Shown here: piece by piece, positions 58,976-64,000 of the stretch
How the letters are laid out: each line of letters begins with the position of its first letter
How positions within the stretch are numbered: position 1 is the stretch's first letter
NCBI GenBank assembly: GCA_965217035.1
Contig: OZ244226.1
Coordinates: 744,001-808,000, forward strand
DNA: 64,000 nt
Direction of reading: 5' to 3'
Source of the DNA: Bacteriovoracaceae bacterium
GTDB taxonomy: Bacteria; Bdellovibrionota; Bacteriovoracia; Bacteriovoracales; Bacteriovoracaceae
Position numbers and translations under genes: made by a program
Notes under the pieces: generated by a model
The model's database searches: none
What the model saw: the letters and a program-made list of their open reading frames with translations, nothing else
What the model was told of the DNA's origin: nothing

Positions 58976-59902
58976 ATGAAGCTCTTAATTAGCATTTTTC
59001 TACTTGTCCAAATACCTACTTTTGGACAATCGCACTCAAATCAAGAGGTAAAAAATAGAATTCAGCTTGAATTAGTTGCTCAAAATATCAAACTTCTTCT
59101 AAAGCTTGATAAAATTTCAAATGAAATAAACTCTCAAGTCATAAACGATAGAACAGAATCCAAGATAAGTCTTCAGGGATATGCCTGGCAATCCGTTATA
59201 GGAGGAGCAGCTTCTGCAGTTTCTTTCTACTTAATGTTTAATCTTCTACGCCAATCCCTTGCAAGAACCAGCAGCGGTCGCTTTGGAAGTTTATTTGTCT
59301 CTCCTAGTCTCAGCTCTGCGGCATCAGCGTCTAGCGTTTCCATTACAGGTCTCTCTGCTTCTTTAGGTCATGAAGAGTCTATTGAAACCCTTAAAGAAGT
59401 AGGGAAAGCTTATGCTTTAGGTGATAACGAACTCGCCCAGCTAAAAAAAGAATTGGAAAAATCCATAACAAAGATTATTAAATTTGCGAGGATAAGTTTC
59501 GAACTCTCCGCTCGAGAAACTGAAAAACTGAGAATCGCTATCTCGAATGAATACAGCAAAGTTTTCTATGCTAATAATCATTCTGACAATATTTTTGAAG
59601 AGGAAATTCAAGCAAAACCTCTCACCCAAATCATGATTGACAATAATATTAAAGCTGACGAGGTTAAGCGTTTAATTAAGATCCGAAAAACGATAGAAGA
59701 CCAACTCAACTCTATTAAAGATGCTTCAAATCTTAATCAAGTTCTACTTAAACAAAGTTTATCAAATGAATCTCTTGCTGAAATCCAAAATGCCCTTATT
59801 GAACTTCTTTCTGGAAAATATACCGAAATAAATGACCAAGTCGCTTTAAAAGAACTTAATAAACAACTTATGAAGCTCGAATTCATCAAAACACAGAACT
59901 AA
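58976..59902 (+). CDS. Secreted or membrane helical hypothetical protein
   Basis: Signal peptide, Ser/Ala/Gly-rich hydrophobic segment, helical C-terminus. Confidence 0.65.
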   Translation: MKLLISIFLLVQIPTFGQSHSNQEVKNRIQLELVAQNIKLLLKLDKISNEINSQVINDRTESKISLQGYAWQSVIGGAASAVSFYLMFNLLRQSLARTSSGRFGSLFVSPSLSSAASASSVSITGLSASLGHEESIETLKEVGKAYALGDNELAQLKKELEKSITKIIKFARISFELSARETEKLRIAISNEYSKVFYANNHSDNIFEEEIQAKPLTQIMIDNNIKADEVKRLIKIRKTIEDQLNSIKDASNLNQVLLKQSLSNESLAEIQNALIELLSGKYTEINDQVALKELNKQLMKLEFIKTQN

Positions 59903-59910
59903 ATCAACTT

Positions 59911-59940
59911 ACCGCGCTTAACTCTTTAAGCGCGGTTATT
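59911..59940 (+). terminator. Terminator-like hairpin
   Basis: ACCGCGCTTAA-CTCT-TTAAGCGCGGT; weak T-tract. Confidence 0.7.
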
Positions 59941-60044
59941 CCTTCATAAATTCAAACTGCCAACTTGAAGAAATTTCCTATTTTGAGCCCAAACCTAAAT
60001 TATTGGTCCTAGAGTATGGTTAACACTCCAAAATGTAGGCATTC

Positions 60045-60084
60045 TAAATATTTGTTTGGCATAGCCGACAAGGAAAGGTATACT
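60045..60084 (+). promoter_or_regulatory. Overlapping sigma-28-like and sigma-70-like promoters of bfd
   Basis: TAAA-N15-GCCGACAA (60045-60071) and TTGGCA-N17-TATACT (60056-60084). Confidence 0.55.
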
Positions 60085-60104
60085 AGTGTAATAAGGAAGC
60101 AAGC

Positions 60105-60320
60105 GTGTATATTTGTCTCTGTAACCAAATTTCTGATAAGCAAATTCAAGAGATCTTGGATCAGAACCCGAACATGAAACTCTCTGATATTACAAAAAGA
60201 CTTGGTCTCGGTTCTGATTGTGGAAGCTGTCTTCAAGACTTTATTAAACACTCTCGAAACCAAATTCACTCTCACAGGGCAAACCAAACAAAGGTTAAGA
60301 CCCTCAAACCTAAAAAATAA
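60105..60320 (+). CDS. bfd: Bacterioferritin-associated ferredoxin
   Basis: YICLC...G.DCGSC; upstream of bfr. Confidence 0.88.
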   Translation: MYICLCNQISDKQIQEILDQNPNMKLSDITKRLGLGSDCGSCLQDFIKHSRNQIHSHRANQTKVKTLKPKK

Positions 60321-60392
60321 CTTATTCATTTTTTGTTTTTTCTTGAAATTGAACTATTATGATGGTGTTTAAACTTCACAAGGAGTCTTTCA

Positions 60393-60881
60393 ATGAAAGG
60401 GAATCAAAAAGTTATCGATGCACTCAATGCTGTCCTCACAGGTGAACTCACGGCCATTAATCAATACTTTCTTCACGCAAGAATTCTTGAAGACTGGGGA
60501 ATGTTTAGGCTTGGGAAAATTGAGTATGAAGCTTCTATCGATGAGATGAAGCATGCCGACCAACTTATTAAAAGAATCCTTTTCTTAGAAGGTCTACCGA
60601 ATGTTCAAAAACTCAATCGAATTTCAATCGGACAAAATGTTCAAGAAGTTATTGAGTCTGATCTTAAGGTTGAATATGAAGCTCTTGAACTTCTTAAAGA
60701 ATGTGTAGAAACAGCAGAAGAAGCAAAAGACTTTGCTAGTCGTGACCTTTTCTCTGAAATCCTTAGAAGTGAAGAAGAGCATGTTGATTGGCTTGAAACT
60801 CAGCAAAGTCTCATTAACTCTGCCGGACTTCAAAATTACATCCAGTCTCAAATCTCTATGGAAGATCAAGCCCCAGCATAG
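60393..60881 (+). CDS. bfr: Bacterioferritin
   Basis: ELTAINQYFLH, DEMKHAD, EEEHVDWLE. Confidence 0.97.
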   Translation: MKGNQKVIDALNAVLTGELTAINQYFLHARILEDWGMFRLGKIEYEASIDEMKHADQLIKRILFLEGLPNVQKLNRISIGQNVQEVIESDLKVEYEALELLKECVETAEEAKDFASRDLFSEILRSEEEHVDWLETQQSLINSAGLQNYIQSQISMEDQAPA

Positions 60882-61031
60882 TCTTGAAAAAGAAAGACTT
60901 CGATCTTCTTTGTCGAGAGCGCTTTTCCATTCTGTCACATACGTCTCTTTGTATGCTCGGTCATAGAAAAGCGCTCCTCTCCATGAATCTCTCGCCTTTA
61001 CTTTTCCAAAACCCTAGTTCATAAAATCGAT

Positions 61032-61985
61032 ATGTTCCCAAAGGAAAAAGGTAAAATTTTCTTTGCTCCCATGGAAGGGGTCACTGACGATACTTATAGA
61101 AATGTCATAGAGAAGCTTTATCCCGAATGGGACTACCTTGCTTGTGACTTTTTGAGAGTCCCTACTGTCGGTCGCTACCCTAGCAGACATTTGCTTAAAC
61201 ATTTTGGGAAAAGAACTTTTGATTCTAAATTAAAAGACAAAACTCTTTATCAAATTCTCACAAGTTCTAATGCAAATACGGAACAAACTGTAAGTGACAT
61301 ACAAGAACTTGGCATTGACTGGCTTGATCTTAATTTGGGCTGCCCTTCCAAAACAGTGGTTAAAAATAAAGGGGGTTCTTTTCTTCTGAAAGAACCTGAT
61401 GAATTAAAAAAGATTATAAAGCTTATTCGTAAAAACTTCTCAAGAACATTTACTGCAAAAATTAGAATTGGCTTTGAAGATGATTCGCTCTTTGAAGAAA
61501 ATTTAAAAATTCTTCAAGGTGAAGGTGTCCAGGCGATAACAATTCATGGTCGAACTCGAGAACAGCTCTATAAAGGCCAGGCCAATTGGGGTTATATCAA
61601 AAAGGCCGTTGAACTGCTTAATATACCGGTTGTCGCAAATGGCGATATCTGGACGATTCAAGATATTGAGGAATGTTTTAAATTTACTGGATGCCATTCC
61701 GTCATGATTGCTCGTGGAGCCCTTAAAGCACCATGGCTCGCTTCACTCTATCGAGAGGGGATCACTCTTACCAAAAAAGAAACTCTCGGAAAGATTCAAG
61801 AATACTTTTCAACCTTACATTCATCATTTGAAGACGAGGGACAAAAAGCACCTAATATTCTTAAAAGCTTTAAAGGACTTTCACGCTATCTATTTGACGA
61901 TTTTGAGCAATCTGAAAATATGAAAAGACAGCTTTTGCGCAGTAAGGAATTAAGTCAATTTTTTGAGCTGATTTACAATTTCTGA
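61032..61985 (+). CDS. tRNA-dihydrouridine synthase family protein
   Basis: APMEG, DLNLGCP, K.R.G, HGRT, NGDI, MIARG. Confidence 0.9.
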   Translation: MFPKEKGKIFFAPMEGVTDDTYRNVIEKLYPEWDYLACDFLRVPTVGRYPSRHLLKHFGKRTFDSKLKDKTLYQILTSSNANTEQTVSDIQELGIDWLDLNLGCPSKTVVKNKGGSFLLKEPDELKKIIKLIRKNFSRTFTAKIRIGFEDDSLFEENLKILQGEGVQAITIHGRTREQLYKGQANWGYIKKAVELLNIPVVANGDIWTIQDIEECFKFTGCHSVMIARGALKAPWLASLYREGITLTKKETLGKIQEYFSTLHSSFEDEGQKAPNILKSFKGLSRYLFDDFEQSENMKRQLLRSKELSQFFELIYNF

Positions 61986-62062
61986 CTCCTAAACCGCCTT
62001 TATTTGTAATTTCTTAGACAAAACCTTATCTTCAAAGCTACTAAACAGAAGAGGTATTCGAC

Positions 62063-63424
62063 ATGGATTTACATCAGTTTTCAGTAGATTTCGTAAGCGC
62101 AGTCTGGGGCCCACATATGGTGTGGATGCTCTTTGGTGCTGGTGCTGTTTTTTCAATTTATTTTGGTTTCCCACAAATCAGATATTTTTGGCATGCCGTA
62201 AAGATCACACGTGGTGATTACGATGATCCAAATAAGAAAGGTGAAATCTCCCATTTTCAAGCCCTTTGTGCAGCTCTCTCTGCTACTATCGGATTAGGAA
62301 ATATCGCAGGTGTTGCTTTCGCTATTGCAGCGGGTGGTCCTGGGGCTGTTGTTTGGATGTGGATTGCAGGTTTCTTAGGAATGACGACAAAGTTCACAAG
62401 TATTTCGCTTTCACTCTTTAACAGAGATGAATCAGGAGATGAAGTTCATGGTGGGCCGATGTATACGATTAAGAATGGTTTGGCTGCCAATAAAACAGGA
62501 TTAGCAAAACAGTTCTTCTTAGGCCTCGCATTTATTTACGCACTCTTTGTTATGATGAGCTCCTTTGGTGCTGGTAACTTATTCCAGTCTAATCAAATGG
62601 CAACAATCATTAACACTACAACGGGAATAAGCCCGATGATCTCAGGAATTGTCTTTGCAGTTCTTGCTGGTCTTGTTCTGATTGGTGGAATTAAAAGAAT
62701 CGGAAATGTTGCCGGAAAACTTGTTCCAATAATGGTTATCCTTTACTTCGGTGGAGCTCTTATCATTCTTTTTGCTAATATCGATCAAGTTCCAGGATTA
62801 CTTGCAGATATCATTAATGGAGCTTTCTCTGGAACAGCTGCAGTTGGTGGTTTTGCAGGAGCAACCATGAAAGAGGTTATGAAAATCGGAACTCAAAGAG
62901 CTGTCTTCTCTAACGAAGCAGGTATGGGTTCAGCGGCTATTGCTCATACGGCAGCGAAGTCATCTCCAATTCAAGAAGGTCTTGTTGGGATGCTTGGTCC
63001 ATTGATTGACACAATTGTCGTTTGTACGCTGACGGCCCTCGTCCTTCTCATCACTGGTGCTTGGTCTAACGGTGATGCCGGAACTGGCTCAGATATGACA
63101 GCTTATGCTTTCAGCACCTTTTTTGGAGACTGGGGTCAGTATGGAGTCACTTTAGTTGTTGTTCTCTTCGCTTTCTCTACGATTATTTCTTGGTCATATT
63201 ACGGAGAGCAAGGTGTTGTTTATATGTTTGGTGAGAAACTTATCATGCCTTATCGAATCCTTTTCGTTGTTGTGACTTTCCTAGGAACTCAAATCAAACC
63301 TGAGATTGTTCTTAATATCGTCGATGGTCTCTTCGGACTTCTGGCCTACCCGAACCTTTTGGCCAACCTCTTGTTGATGGGATATCTAAAAAAGAAGTTC
63401 GACGAATACAAAAAAACAATGTGA
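62063..63424 (+). CDS. Sodium:alanine/glycine symporter (AGCS family)
   Basis: G.GNIAGVA.AI..GGPGA..WMW, GGPMY, FSNEAGMGS. Confidence 0.93.
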   Translation: MDLHQFSVDFVSAVWGPHMVWMLFGAGAVFSIYFGFPQIRYFWHAVKITRGDYDDPNKKGEISHFQALCAALSATIGLGNIAGVAFAIAAGGPGAVVWMWIAGFLGMTTKFTSISLSLFNRDESGDEVHGGPMYTIKNGLAANKTGLAKQFFLGLAFIYALFVMMSSFGAGNLFQSNQMATIINTTTGISPMISGIVFAVLAGLVLIGGIKRIGNVAGKLVPIMVILYFGGALIILFANIDQVPGLLADIINGAFSGTAAVGGFAGATMKEVMKIGTQRAVFSNEAGMGSAAIAHTAAKSSPIQEGLVGMLGPLIDTIVVCTLTALVLLITGAWSNGDAGTGSDMTAYAFSTFFGDWGQYGVTLVVVLFAFSTIISWSYYGEQGVVYMFGEKLIMPYRILFVVVTFLGTQIKPEIVLNIVDGLFGLLAYPNLLANLLLMGYLKKKFDEYKKTM

Positions 63425-63456
63425 TTACAAATACTTAAATTCGTATAAAGTTTACC

Positions 63457-63483
63457 AGCCTCCCTATAAGGGGAGGCTTTTTT
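63457..63483 (+). terminator. Rho-independent terminator
   Basis: AGCCTCCCT-ATAA-GGGGAGGCT followed by a T-tract. Confidence 0.85.
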
Positions 63484-63498
63484 CTGCTATGTTGCGTC

Positions 63499-64000
63499 AT
63501 GCTTAAATCACTGGCGTTCATAAGCTTATTAAGTCTTTTCATTAGCTGTGCAAAAGAAAAGAGGCAGGTCAGCATCCAACAAGTTGAATTGGGTGACCCA
63601 ATGAATATCGTCAGAGGCACAACTTTAAACCCAACCTTTTCAAATGCAGAAGAATTCCAGAAGAAGCTCAGTGACTTCACATTACTGGCCCGGCACACCT
63701 TTATGGAAAGAAGAGAGATTGATGAACAAGATAAAAATATCTATGCTCAAAACTTTCTTGGTGGTTCTCACTCCTATGATGAACCACGAAGTATTTCAAA
63801 ACGAGGTGATAAATTCTTATGGACCCACAATGATGCAGGATATGGACTCGGTGATTTCCAATTCGAAGTTCAAAAAGACAAGTCAATCAAGCCAACTTTT
63901 CTTCTCATTGATCGAGAGAGAATTCCGATAAAAAGCCTTCATCTAAGTATTAACAAAGAAGAAACTGCTTTCTCCATGCTTATTTACTTCAATATCCCAG
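63499..64000 (+). CDS. Lipoprotein, runs off the window end (not in the ORF track)
   Basis: Manual translation MLKSLAFISLLSLFISCAKEKRQ..., open to 64000; lipobox FISC. Confidence 0.7.
   Translation, partial: MLKSLAFISLLSLFISCAKEKRQVSIQQVELGDPMNIVRGTTLNPTFSNAEEFQKKLSDFTLLARHTFMERREIDEQDKNIYAQNFLGGSHSYDEPRSISKRGDKFLWTHNDAGYGLGDFQFEVQKDKSIKPTFLLIDRERIPIKSLHLSINKEETAFSMLIYFNIP

Noticed and set aside
60340..60365. Fur box upstream of bfr
   Set aside because: Too few matches to GATAATGATAATCATTATC in an AT-rich background
63435..63931. ORF-track calls 63435-63698, 63644-63931 and 63701-63886
   Set aside because: Alternative-frame or antisense shadows of the lipoprotein starting at 63499
1..64000. 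Other short overlapping ORFs; tRNA, rRNA, riboswitch, prophage or defence genes
   Set aside because: The short ORFs lie antisense or out of frame within well-supported genes. No recognisable RNA-gene, phage, integrase or defence motifs were seen by eye; covariance searches were not run.

Overview
AT-rich chromosomal window, most likely from a predatory Bdellovibrionota bacterium of the Bacteriovorax/Halobacteriovorax type. This assignment is an inference from gene content: a short flagellin, CarD, GYF/PilZ proteins, a DacB-ankyrin pair, HMG-CoA reductase and many secreted orphans. No rRNA, tRNA, CRISPR array or transposase was seen. Core genes include tolQRA, fatty-acyl-CoA enzymes, rpsT, fliC, uvrB, gltX, carD, ndk, sucCD, bfd-bfr and dus. 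The most notable signals are: (1) a ~10 kb menaquinone cluster that also carries entry enzymes for both precursors (a DAHP synthase without a regulatory domain; HMG-CoA reductase plus polyprenyl synthase) and a GbsR/MarR regulator, with a shared palindrome ATCGTTC-N10-GAACRAT in two of its divergent intergenic regions, next to an FeS-less (6-4)-type photolyase; (2) a translationally coupled DacB peptidase plus ankyrin lipoprotein pair resembling Bd3459/Bd3460; (3) a lipoprotein made of about ten 41-aa repeats beside a pseudogene and flagellin; (4) several sigma-28-like promoters, many apparently leaderless genes and CsrA-like sites in the fliC leader; (5) several catalytically degenerate hydrolase folds upstream of tolQRA; (6) a 37-aa membrane sORF missed by the ORF track. 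All calls come from motif reading by eye; no searches were run.
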